Shown: in pieces, positions 26,044-38,279 of the stretch
Layout of the letters: every line of letters starts with the position of its first letter
Position numbering within the stretch: the stretch's first letter is position 1
NCBI GenBank assembly: GCA_964016885.1
Contig: OZ024741.1
Span: 399,714,001-399,778,000 of the forward strand
Source: Eledone cirrhosa
Taxonomy: Eukaryota
Direction: 5' to 3'
Length of the DNA stretch: 64,000 nt
Notes under the pieces: model-generated
What the model saw: only the letters and a program-made list of their open reading frames with translations
Told to the model about the DNA's origin: nothing
The model's database searches: none
Made by a program: the position numbers and the translations under genes

Positions 26044-26989
26044 TAATGTGTGACAGCTCACATCTATGCAGGTTTAGTTGGCCTCCTCCAAGGTATATTT
26101 CGTTGGAGGTGTCTTGGGTAATTTAATGATAAGGACCCCAGTCCCTATCATCTCATTTCTACAGCTGAGAAAACAGGAGCAACATGAAATAAAGTGTCTT
26201 GCTCAAGGAAACAACACATCACCCCGTCCGAGAATTGAACTCACAACCTTTCGATTGCAAGGCCAATGCTCTAACCACTAAGCCATGCACCTTGTGAAGG
26301 TGCAGACTAATAATGGGGCTCACTAATCTACCAAACGGGAAAAGATGGGTATCATGCATGCTAATACCCACTGTTTTCCAGTTGGTGGGTTTGTCCGCCC
26401 AATTTTTAGACTATGTCATAATGAAAAATATTGCTGTGAGGCTGCTCTTTCTTTTTCAGTTCAACATATTTTATGTTGAAATACAAATGTTGAGAAAATA
26501 ATTATTTTGCATTTTCAATTTTGATTTATTTTTCAAGGGACATTTTGTCTCAATGAAAGCTTTCTTTTTCTTTTTGCTTTTTGCTTTTTTTCTTTTGCTT
26601 TTTTTTATTAGTATTTAATTAATTATTTATTAAGTTTTCATAATTAATTATATAAATAATTGTTTCTACTTTTGGTACAAGGCCAGCAATTACCCAGTAC
26701 ATTACTGGTACTTTATTTTATCGACCTCGTAAGAATGAAAGGCAAAGTTAACCTCGACGGGATTTGAACTCAGACCACAAAAGGACGTAACTTAATTATA
26801 TAAATAATGAAAAAGAAGAGGTGGTTGTAAAGAATAGCAGATCTGACTGTATAGGAAAGTAAAGGAAAGGACTATAAATGCCATAAATAAGAGGAAAAGG
26901 AGGGAAAGAACAAGGACTATAAGTCCATGGAAGAAAGAGAGGAGGAAGAGGAGAGGGTGACAGGTTCAACGCTTTGGTCGGGCTGGTGT

Positions 26990-27228
26990 TTCAGCTGTGT
27001 TCTGCAGACAAAACTGCAAAGGCATTTTTGTGAACAATGGCCAACGATACCCACTGCAACAGCCACCCCACCTTGTGGGACTCCTTCCACAGATAGGCTG
27101 CTGAAATTACAATTTTACAGGGGAAATCAGCTGTACAAGGTCCAAGGATGCCTGAGTGTCTCGATAGTGACTGGCATAAAGAGGAAGCAGCTGGACAAGC
27201 CCTGGTATTTGCTTGACTTCTTGTCCTC
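26990..27228 (-). mobile_element. CRE-like LINE C-terminal restriction-like endonuclease fragment
   Basis: Minus-strand translation with one frameshift: EDKKSSKYQGLSSCFLFMPVTIETL/GILG...WLLQWVSLAIVHKNAFAVLSA*. This resembles the K..KY...F.P..ET.G..G...LQR.S.A..RGNA end of CRE-clade ORFs. Confidence 0.6.
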
Positions 27229-30117
27229 TTCTTTATTCTTTTAATATACAGGTCAAACCATAAATAGCTTACTGTTAAGAAACATGAATAAAAAAAAAAG
27301 CAACTTTAAACATATAAAGTCTGTGGGATTAGAAGCTCAATAGTAGGAAAGTAGTTGATGAGTGATGGTGAATAAAGATTTGTGTATCAGACATTGGATG
27401 GTGAACATCAAGAATATGTGTTTTAGTGTAAGTAAATATGTGACATATATTCTTATTTCGTGGATAGGAATGGCAGGTAGGATGGTATTGAGACCGTGGG
27501 GAGCCCAGGGCACTTCAAGTTGGGGGCTCATACACAAAAATTAGAATGCACAGCAACTCCCTAACCCAACAATTTTACATATCAAAGTTAGCTTGGCACC
27601 AGTAATTGGAATTAAAAAGTTATACATACAAGTATTATATTCAAAAATTCTAACCATCCTAAAACTAAAAAGCCCAGCTAAGGGCACAAATAAATTGCTA
27701 CGGCTGTCATTATCGGGGCCCCCCACTGCAGGATTGCCAGGGCAATTGCTCTATTTGTCCTCCATTAAATCTGACAAGGGCGGTGGATTGGCAGTCTCGG
27801 TAGAGAGTCAGACGCCATGCTTTGAAGCATAGAGTTATGGCCCTTTATGATCTGAGTTCAAATCCCGCCAAGGTTAACTTTGCCTTTCATCCTTACAGGG
27901 TTGATAAAATAAAGTACCAGTAGTGTACTGGGTAATTGTTGGTCTGTGCCAAAAGTAGAAACAATTAAATCTGACCCTGATTGCAAGTTATTGTAACTCT
28001 TTGAAGTTTTTCAGTTCAGTACTTTAAACTATAGCCCACACCATCAGCATCAGCATCATTTTATGTCCACATTGCATGCTGTCACAAATTGGTTAAGTTG
28101 TCTCAAACTGAGACTAAACAACTTAGAGAAACCTCATCTAGTTCATACATTCCATATTTGCCATGGTTTCTGTGTTTAGTTGCCTTTCTTAATGCCAACT
28201 ACATTACAGAATATATTGGCTGACATTTTATTGTCACATCAGTACTAGAGAGGTTGTCAGGTATTTGACAATTTCAGTGTGTCCATTCTATGCTGTCTTG
28301 GTCTGTTCATCCTCCACATTATAGAGGTGTAGGAAACTGAATGTGTTTCATTGTGAGCCATCACTTGAGAGGTTGTAACTATATACCACAAAACATGTCT
28401 GCGTGACGCTAGAGGTCACACACACGACCCGACTTCCCATGGGAACAAGCCAAAGCTGAAGCATATAGACAATATGTCCTCACCCCCTCCCACTGCAAAG
28501 TGGACGTGTAGGCGCCACGGAAAAAAAGCACTCAGCACTCATGTAAATGAGGTTGGTGTTAGGAAGCGCATCCAGCTGTAGAATCAAGCCAGAATCAGTT
28601 CCCGTATGAGCAAGACAAGGTCAGCTGACCGGACACTGCCCACAACAGGACAACCCGTCTAACCCATGCTAGCGTGGAAGAACGGACGTATAAAGGTGAT
28701 GATGATGATGATGTCTGACACTCTACTGAGACTGCTAATTCATTGCCCATCACTCTATATAATAATTGTTTCTACACAAGGCCAGCGATTTGAAGGGAAG
28801 GGGAAAATCAGTTAAATCGACCCCAGTTCTTACTAGTACTTTATTTTATCAACCTTGTCAGGATGAAAGGCAAAGCTAATCTCAGTGGGATTTGAACTCA
28901 GAATGTAAAGGCCGTAACTCTATGCTGCTAAGCATTCTACCAATACTGCCAATCCACCAAATGATTGCCATTATGAAGTGAATAAAAATGCTCAAATCCA
29001 TATTTCAGATCTGATTAGAGTATGGGAAGAAGATAGAATGTTACAATGTTTGCCAAGATAAGTTAGCATAAGAGAGTGTATTATTTTCTTTAAAGATGTT
29101 AAAGGATTCATGAATGGATTAATAACTTTCAAACAATATTTAATGTTGATATAAAGACTGGTATGCTCACGTGTTGAGATGCTGTAAAATAACTTATAAA
29201 ACAGGGTGAAGATCCTTAAAGATTGATAAAGAAGTTGCCATCATCCTGTGTATAGTATATTATCTACATTAATTTAAAGTATGTTTACTGTAGATGTAAT
29301 ATGTACCAGTAATGCACTGAGTAATTGCTGGCCTTGTGCCAAACATAGAAACAATTAATATAAAGAGTGGTGTGCTCATGTGTGGAGTGCTATGGTATGG
29401 TCCTGTAACTCCTGATAGAGTCATAAGGATGCTGTATTGACAAGAGATGCTGTATTGACATACAGTATTTCTTGGGTATTTTTTAAGCCTGGCGGAGCCC
29501 AACCCTCTCCAGGCCTGAGTACAGCAGACTTCTTCCAGAGAGAAGAATCGATCCTATTACTAGACGGCTACTTTTTTTATTGACCTCAAATGGAGGAAAG
29601 GCAAAGTTGACCTTGGCAGGATTTGAACTGAGAGAACAGAGAGCTGGAATAAATACCATAAAGCATTCTATCCAATGTTTTAACAACTCTGCCAATTCGC
29701 AGCCTATATTACAATAACTTATTTAATAGGGTGAAGACCTTTAAAGAAGGCTAAAGAAGTTGCCAATGACTGCTATTTAATGTTTATTTATAATTTGTTA
29801 TTGATTTTATTGTATTCATTTTGATATGACTTATATATTCCAGTATATTAACAATTTAAAGTAACCTTGTGAAAGTATGTGGCTTAATGGTTAGAGAATT
29901 GGATTCAATTCCTAGACCAGATAATGCGTTATGTTCTTGAGCAAGGCACTTTATTTCACATTGCTCCTTTCTGCCAGAGTTGCAACCAGTAGATAGTATC
30001 AGCATTGAAAAGACTAATGGAAGCATTGAATCTTTGGTCTGATTTTATAAGTTCCACCCCACTCAGTAATCTAATGAGGTCTGGGAACTTGTCAATCAAT
30101 TCCTAAAGTAACATTAA

Positions 30118-30517
30118 CCCTTCAGTTACCAAAGTAACTAAAACCAGCTCTGGTTCTGTGAAATAAAGTCACCTATTTTAGAGCGCCAGACACCATGCTT
30201 TGCAGCATAGTTATGGTCCTTTGTGTTCTGGGTTCAAATCCACCGAGGTTAACTTTGTCTTTCAACCTTACGAGGTCGATAAAATAAAGTACCAGTGATG
30301 CATTGGGGTAATCGCTGGCCTTGTGCCAAAAGTAGAAACTCTATTTTAAAGGTTTCCAATTTGAATTAAAATCCTCCAACATAATGTTATATAAGAACCT
30401 TACATTAAGTTACTATCTTAGTAATGACATAATTAATAATTTTAGTAAATCCCTCAAAATTCTTCATTAATTAATTAAAATAGTGGGTATTTCATTAGAA
30501 ATATGGTCATGAAAGGG
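30118..30517. mobile_element. piggyBac-type MITE (TTAA-flanked, CCC...GGG termini) with nested SINE at ~30181-30339
   Basis: ttaa|cccttcagttacca ... tggtcatgaaaggg|ttaa, imperfect TIRs. Confidence 0.6.
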
Positions 30518-30547
30518 TTAATAGTCAGAAAGATTTAAATCACAAAC

Positions 30548-30604
30548 CTGTTGTCATTTTACTGTATTTTGGTGTCAGTGGAGAAGTAGTAGTTTCAATA
30601 GTTG
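30548..30604 (-). CDS. Mucin-like gene micro-exon (57 nt)
   Basis: cttttacag acceptor, gtttgt donor, phase 1->1. (A)TIETTTSPLTPKYSKMTT. Confidence 0.75.
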
Positions 30605-30764
30605 CTGTAAAAGTGAATAAAATAAAGATTGTAATTTTTATTTTAACTAATATTGGTTTGTTTCAAGTTAAATGTACTGTCTATTTTTGAGACATTCTGG
30701 GAGGAACTGGGTTATTGAAAATGAGGTTCTTGTCATTGTTGATGACATGCCTTATCAAAGTATC

Positions 30765-31930
30765 TGTGAGGGTACTTGGTTATTCTAGTGTCTTAGCCTC
30801 TCTATCACCCAGCCTTACAGAGGTGTTAGGTGATGCCCATTGATGAGGGTGCTTGGTTGTTCCAGCTTCTTACCCTCGCTATCTCCCAACCTTATCGAGG
30901 TATCAGATGATGCTCATGGATGAGGGACTTGGTTGTTCCAGTGTCTTAGCCTCTCTATAACCCAGCCTTACTGAGGTATCAGGTGATGTCTGTGGATGAG
31001 GGTGCTTGGTTGTTCCAGTGCCTTAGCCTCACTATCACCTGCATCAATGCTACAGGTGCGCTAGCTTACTTAAGTAATTATCAGAGGTGAAACTCTAGCC
31101 CCTTTTGTTGTGGCATCTGATTAAATGTGCCAGTCATCTTCCTACTATATTTTGGGGGGAAGGGAAAAACAATTTTACAAAAGGGTCCCACGTGTTGGCT
31201 GTCCCAAAGCCCCGGCAGACAGAATGTAGAAGGAGTTCCCCCGGAGGATAGTAAGGGCGATGTGCTGGAAGAGCTATTCCATCTTGTGAGGCTCACACCT
31301 GCGACTAGCTAGCTCAGGCCTCTGGTGGTAAGTAGGGAGGTAGCCCTAGGCTCAAGGACACCAGAAGTCTCAACTGCTAGGGGTAGCCAGCTCAGCACAT
31401 GTGGTGGTAAGTAAGGAGGTAGCCCTAGGCCCAAGGACACCAGAAGTTTCAACTGCTAGGGGTAGCCAGCTCAGCACATGTGGTGGTAAGTAAAGAGGTA
31501 GCCCTAGGCCCAAGGACACCAGAAGTCTTCACTCCTAGGAGCTCAACTGCAAACCTGCCAGAGAGAGATCAATACTTGGAGAGATTACCCTCCTCAGCCT
31601 GAAGTGTAGCAGAACCTAGGCTAGTCGCAGACGGCACCAGGTTGCGGCTGAGAATATGTCGCTGCAAGTGGCATCGGCAGGATGGGAAAATGGTCATATT
31701 ATATTCCGACCAATCAATTGCTGGATATTGTAGGAATATCATATTCTGACTAATCAAATACTTTGTTATTTTAGAAATATTATATTCCAGCCAATCAAAT
31801 ACTTTGTTATTCTAGATATATTATATTCCGACTAATCAAATGCTGGATATTTTATGTATAATATATTCTGACCAATCAAATGCTGGATATTGTAAATATA
31901 ATATATTCTGGCCAATCAAATATGGACTAT
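30765..31930. repeat. Cluster of short degenerate tandem repeats (~79-bp units at 30765-31040 and 31310-31540; ~38-bp units at 31700-31930)
   Basis: Visible repeated blocks; the 31310-31540 unit resembles 8520-8640 in the opposite orientation. Confidence 0.7.
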
Positions 31931-32003
31931 TATATATGAAAAAATTGTTGACTACACTAATAGGAAAAACATTTTTTGAAAAGAATTGAAATTTAAAGAT
32001 AAC

Positions 32004-35000
32004 CTGTTGAGGTGATGGATGTTGTTGAAAACGTTCCAGAGGTAATTGGTGTTGAGGTCATTGTTGACATGCTTGGTGAAGATGCAGCAATTGCTGTTGT
32101 TGTCGACGGTGGTGTTATTGTTGTGGGTAGTGGGGTACTCTCTCCAGTTGGTGGACCAGTTGTTGGTACAGCTGTGGCTGTTGGTTTAGGGGTACTTTCT
32201 ACAGTTGGTTGACCAGTTGTTGGTACAGCTGTGGCTGTTGTTTTAGGGGTACTTTCTACAGCTGGTTGACCAGTTGTTGGTACAGCTGTGGCTGTTGGTT
32301 TTGAGGTACTTTCTACAGTTGGTTGACCAGTTGTTGGTACAGCTGTGGCTGTTGGTTTTGAGGTACTTTCTACAGTTGGTTGACCAGTTGTTGGTACAGC
32401 TGTGGCTGTTGTTTTAGGGGTACTTTCTACAGTTGGTTGACCAGTTGTTGGTACAGCTGTGGCTGTTGTTTTAGGGGTACTTTCTACAGTTGGTTGACCA
32501 GTTGTTGGTACAGCTGTGGCTGTTGTTTTAGGGGTACTTTCTACTGTTGGTTGACCAGTTGTTGGTACAGCTGTGGCTGTTGTTTTAGGGGTACTTTCTA
32601 CTGTTGGTTGACCAGTTGTTGGTACAGCTGTGGCTGTTGTTTTAGGGGTACTTTCTACTGTTGGTTGACCAGTTGTTGGTACAGCTGTGGCTGTTGTTTT
32701 AGGGGTACTTTCTACAGTTGGTTGACCAGTTGTTGGTACAGCTGTGGCTGTTGGTTTAGGGGTACTTTCTACAGTTGGGTGACCAGTTGTTGGTACAGCT
32801 GTGGCTGTTGTTTTAGGGGTACTTTCTACAGTTGGTTGACCAGTTGTTGGTACAGCTGTGGCTGTTGGTTTTGAGGTATTTTCTACAGTTGGTTGAACAG
32901 TTGTTGGTACAGCTGTGGCTGTTGGTTTAGGGGTACTTTCTACTGTTGGTTGACCAGTTGTTGGTACAGCTGTGGCTGTTGTTTTAGGGGTACTTTCTAC
33001 AGCTGGTTGACCAGTTGTTGGTACAGCTGTGGCTGTTGGTTTTGAGGTACTTTCTACAGTTGGTTGACCAGTTGTTGGTACAGCTGTGGCTGTTGGTTTA
33101 GGGGTACTTTCTACTGTTGGTTGACCAGTTGTTGGTACAGCTGTGGCTGTTGTTTTAGGGGTACTTTCTACAGTTGGTTGACCAGTTGTTGGTACAGCTG
33201 TGGCTGTTGGTTTAGAGGTACTTTCTACTGTTGGTTGACCAGTTGTTGGTACAGCTGTGACTGTTGTTTTAGGGGTACTTTCTACAGTTGGTTGACCAGT
33301 TGATGGTACAGCTGTGGCTGTTGGTTTAGGGGTACTTTCTACAGTTGGTTGACCAGTTGTTGGTACAGATGTGACTGTTGTTTTAGGGGTACTTTCTACT
33401 GTTGGTTGACCAGTTGTTGGTACAGCTGTGACTGTTGTTTTAGGGGTACTTTCTACAGTTGGTTGACCAGTTGATGGTACAGCTGTGGCTGTTGGTTTAG
33501 GGGTTCTTTCTACAGTTGGTTGACCAGTTGTTGGTACACCTGTTGCTGTTGTTTTAGGGGTACTTTCTACAGTTGGTTGACCAGTTGTTGGTACAGCTGT
33601 GGCTGTTGGTTTAGGGGTACTTTCTACAGTTGGGTGACCAGTTGTTGGTACAGCTGTGGCTGTTGTTTTAGGGGTACTTTCTACAGTTGGTTGACCAGTT
33701 GTTGGTACAGCTGTGGCTGTTGGTTTTGAGGTATTTTCTACAGTTGGTTGAACAGTTGTTGGTACAGCTGTGGCTGTTGGTTTAGGGGTACTTTCTACTG
33801 TTGGTTGACCAGTTGTTGGTACAGCTGTGGCTGTTGTTTTAGGGGTACTTTCTACAGCTGGTTGACCAGTTGTTGGTACAGCTGTGGCTGTTGGTTTTGA
33901 GGTACTTTCTACAGTTGGTTGACCAGTTGTTGGTACAGCTGTGGCTGTTGGTTTAGGGGTACTTTCTACTGTTGGTTGACCAGTTGTTGGTACAGCTGTG
34001 GCTGTTGTTTTAGGGGTACTTTCTACAGTTGGTTGACCAGTTGTTGGTACAGCTGTGGCTGTTGGTTTAGAGGTACTTACTACTGTTGGTTGACCAGTTG
34101 TTGGTACAGCTGTGACTGTTGTTTTAGGGGTACTTTCTACAGTTGGTTGACCAGTTGATGGTACACCTGTTGCTGTTGTTTTAGGGGTACTTTCTACAGT
34201 TGGTTGACCAGTTGTTGGTACAGCTGTGGCTGTTGGTTTAGGGGTACTTTCTACAGTTGGTTGACCAGTTGTTGGTACAGATGTGACTGTTGTTTTAGGG
34301 GTACTTTCTACTGTTGGTTGACCAGTTGTTGGTACAGCTGTGACTGTTGTTTTAGGGGTACTTTCTACAGTTGGTTGACCAGTTGTTGGTACAGCTGTGG
34401 CTGTTGTTTTAGGGGTACTTTCTACAGTTGGTTGACCAGTTGTTGGTACAGCTGTGGCTGTTGTTTTAGGGGTACTTTCTACAGTTGGTTGACCAGTTGT
34501 TGGTACAGCTGTGGCTGTTGGTTTAGGAGTACTTTCTACTGTTGGTTGACCAGTTGTTGGTACAGCTGTGGCTGTTGTTTTAGGGGTACTTTCTACAGTT
34601 GGTTGACCAGTTGTTGGTACAGCTGTGGCTGTTGGTTTAGGAGTACTTACTACTGTTGGTTGACCAGTTGTTGGTACAGCTGTGGCTGTTGTTTTAGGGG
34701 TACTTTCTACAGTTGGTTGACCAGTTGTTGGTACAGCTGTGGCTGTTGGTTTAGGGGTACTTTCTACAGTCGGTTGACCAGTTGTTGGTACAGCTGTGGC
34801 TGTTGATTTAGGAGTACTTTCTACTGTTGGTTGACCAGTTGTTGGTACAGCTGTGGCTGTTGTTTTAGGGGTACTTTCTACAGTTGGTTGACCAGTTGTT
34901 GGTACAGCTGTGGCTGTTGGTTTAGGGGTACTTTCTCCAGTTGGTTTACCAGTTGTTGGTACAGATGTCACTGTTGTTTTAAGGGTACTTTCTACAGTTG

Positions 35001-36986
35001 TTTGACCAGTTGTTGGTACAGCTGTGACTGTTGCTTTAGGGGTACTTTCTACAGTTGGTTGACCAGTTGTTGGTACAGCTGTGGCTGTTGGTTTAGGGGT
35101 ACTTTCTACAGTTGGTTGACTAGTTGTTGGTACACCTGTTGCTGTTGTTTTAGGGGTACTTTCTACAGTTGGTGGACCAGTTGTTGGTACAGCTGTGACT
35201 GTTGCTTTAGGGGTACTTTCTACAGTTGGTTGACCAGTTGTTGGTACAGCTGTGACTGTTGCTTTAGGGGTACTTTCTACAGTTGGTTGACCAGTTGTTG
35301 GTACAGCTGTGGCTGTTGGTTTAGGGGTACTTTCTACAGTTGGTTGACCAGTTGTTGGTACACCTGTTGCTGTTGTTTTAGGGGTACTTTCTACAGTTGG
35401 TGGACCAGTTGTTGGTACAGCTGTGACTGTTGGTTTTGGGGTACTTTCTACAGTTGGTTGACCAGTTGTTGGTACAGCTGTGGCTGTTGGTTTTGGGGTA
35501 CTTTCTACAGTTGGTTGACCAGTTGTTGGTACAGCTGTTGCTGTTGGTTTTTGGGTACTTTCTACAGTTGGTGGACCAGTTGTTGGTACAGCTGTGACTG
35601 TTGGTTTTGGGGTACTTTCTACAGTTGGTGGCCCAGTTGTTGGTACAGCTGTGGCTGTTGTTTTAGGGGTACTTTCTACAGTTGGTTGACCAGTTGTTGG
35701 TACAGCTGTAACTGTTGGTTTTGGGGTACTTTCTACAGTTGGTTGACCAGTTGTTGGTACAGCTGTGGCTGTTGTTTTAGGGGTACTTTCTACAGTTGGT
35801 TGACCAGTTGTTGGTACAGCTGTCACTGTTGGGTTTGAGGAAATTTCTACAGGTGAAGTTGTTACTACTGATGGTGTAGCTGTTGTTGTTGTTACTGGTG
35901 CAGCTGTTGTTTCTGCAGGTGTTGCAGCTGTTGTTTGTGCTGACAGTGCAGTTGTTGTTGATGGTACAGCTGTTGTTGATGGTGCTGTTGTTGTTTTAGG
36001 TGTACTTTCTTGTGTTGGATGACCAGTTGTTGGTACAACTGTTGTAGCTGTAGTTGTTGCTGGTGTACTTTCTCTTGTGACTACTGCACTGGTTGGTGGT
36101 ACAACTGATGCTGTTGTTACAACTGGTGTCTCACTAGTTGGTTTAGTAACAACTGCTGAAGGTTTCTCTGTGATTACTTTTGTCACTGGTGTACTTTCTC
36201 TTGTGACTACTGCACTGGTTGGTGGTACAACTGATGCTGTTGTTACAACTGGTGTCTCACTAGTTGGTTTAGTAACAACTGCTGAAGGTTTCTCTGTGAT
36301 TTCTGTTGTCGCTGGTGTACTTTCTCTTGTGACTACTACACTGGTTGGTGGTACAACTGATGCTGTTGTTACAACTGGTGTCTCACTAGTTGGTTTAGTA
36401 ACAACTGCTGAAGGTTTCTCTGTGATTTCTGTTATCGCTGGTGTACTTTCTCTTGTGACTACTGCACTGGTTGGTGGTACAACTGATGCTGTTGTTACAA
36501 CTGGTGTCTCACTAGTTGGTTTAGTAACAACTGCTGAAGGTTTCTCTGTGATTACTGTTGTCACTGGTGTACTTTCTCTTGTGACTACTGCACTGGTTGG
36601 TGGTACAACAGATGCTGTTGTTACAACTGGTGTCTCACTAGTTGGTTTAGTAACAACTGCTGAAGGTTTCTCTGTGATTTCTGTTGTCGCTGGTGTACTT
36701 TCTCTTGTGACTACTGCACTGGTTGGTGGTACAACTGATGCTGTTGTTACAACTGGTGTCTCACTAGTTGGTTTAGTAACAACTGCTGAAGGTTTCTCTG
36801 TGATTTCTGTTGTCGCTGGTGTACTTTCTCTTGTGACTACTGCACTGGTTGGTGGTACAACTGATGCTGTTGTTACAACTGGTGTCTCCCTAGTTGTTGG
36901 TGTAGTTTTTTGCGTCACTCTGCTTGGTGTGGTGTTTTCTGTAGTATATGCCGATGCACTTCCTTCTGTTGTACCACTAAATGTTG
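32004..36986 (-). CDS. Mucin-like gene giant PTS exon 1 (4,983 nt, about 1,661 aa; 42-aa repeats followed by 19-aa repeats)
   Basis: ttttgcag acceptor, gttatc donor, phase 1->1, uninterrupted ORF. About 6.5 copies of a 126-bp unit (TPVVTTASVVPPTSAVVTRESTPATTEITEKPSAVVTKPTSE), then 57-bp units. Confidence 0.93.
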
Positions 36987-37751
36987 CTGCAAAATAATTG
37001 ATTTATTTATTTAATCCTCTGAATATAATACATTCATACATGATTCCATAATCCTGGTAGATACACCGTATTGACAGATGGCGTTTCTAGAGTATTTAAA
37101 ACCTGGCAGAGCCCAGCTCCTCTCCAGGTCTGAATACAGCAGATATCTTCCAGAAAAGGAGAGAGAGTGATAGAATGGAAGTGAGAAAGATATATAGAGG
37201 AAGAATCAACTGTAGTTAAACTGGTACTTTTTTATCACCCTTGACTAGATGAAAGGCAAAGTTGACCTCAGTAGGATTTGAACTGAGAGATTAGAGATCC
37301 AGAGTGAATAACACAAAGCCAATAAATAATACATTATCACAATTATATATTTTTGAAATGAGTAACGTTACTTGATAGAGTTCGTAGCCCAGAGAGTCAC
37401 TCCAGGTACAATTGCTCCTTCTCCAAATTGAGAGATCACAGCTCCGATACTATGGGCATGTGGTTTGAATGTCTCAGGGAAAAAAAAATCACTGGACAGA
37501 TTTTATGGGCAAAACCAACTGGCAGGAGACCCAGGGTTAGACTTCCTGAGCAAGATGGTTGGATAACATCCATGAGCCTGGTTAGGTTGCCCTTGCAGAT
37601 CCAGCCGAATCAGTTGGTGACGGTTAGTTCTGACGGAACCTGGGGGAAGGAGTGCTTGAGGATTCTGCCCTAACGACCATCTCAAGAAGAAGGAGAAGAA
37701 GAAGGAGAAGGAGAAGAAGAAGAAGAAGAAGAAGAAGAAGAAGAAACATAC

Positions 37752-37784
37752 CTGTAGATGATAACATTGTTGACCAAGTAATTT
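37752..37784 (-). CDS. Mucin-like gene micro-exon (33 nt)
   Basis: ttccatttcag acceptor, gtatgt donor, phase 1->1. (E)ITWSTMLSST. Confidence 0.68.
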
Positions 37785-37925
37785 CTGAAATGGAAATTCA
37801 TGTTAAAAAATGTGAATATTTTAAAAATTTTGAATTTATAATTAAAACAGCATTATTTAAAAGACATTAATTTACGGACACTCTCACTTACTCATACATA
37901 CACACACACTTAAATATATATATAT

Positions 37926-38094
37926 GTAACAAAGAGGGTGTGGTAATATACCAGGTGGACCATAACACACCAGAGTACTCAATACTTAGGGTAGTGGAGT
38001 GGGTAATAGGAAAAGAGTCAGGACCCCGATGCCTGAGCTTGGATCTAGCTGTTGAAATGGCCGGAGCTCAGCCATCGGGGTCATGACTCTATTC

Positions 38095-38097
<3 letters not shown>
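37926..38097. mobile_element. Short hairpin-forming repeat family at (TA)n tracts (probable PLE pLTR fold-back remnants)
   Basis: Shares gagtgggtaataggaaaagagtcaggacccc and the flanking segment with copies at 50078-50285 and 58045-58245, and (in reverse-complement, partial) at 50410-50510. Each copy forms a long hairpin next to (TA)n. Confidence 0.7.
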
Positions 38098-38179
<82 letters not shown>

Positions 38180-38224
38180 GATAAAATAAATAAGTCAAAT
38201 GTTTAAAATTTAGCTTCGTTTATT

Positions 38225-38279
38225 ACTGCTATATGTATTTCAGTGACAGCCATCTTTGGCTGTGACCTCTTCAGGCAGT
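38225..38279 (-). ncRNA. Type I hammerhead ribozyme motif (inverted pLTR copy; sense to the mucin pre-mRNA)
   Basis: actgc-CTGAAGA-ggtcacagcca/aaga/tggctgtcact-GAAA-tacata-TA-gcagt on the minus strand. Confidence 0.8.

Noticed and set aside
17421-36997. Plus-strand Cys/Trp-rich (TSCWYSCGCWFRGTF) and Val/Gly-rich ORFs
   Set aside because: Antisense shadows of the mucin repeat; they are broken by stops while the minus frame stays intact.
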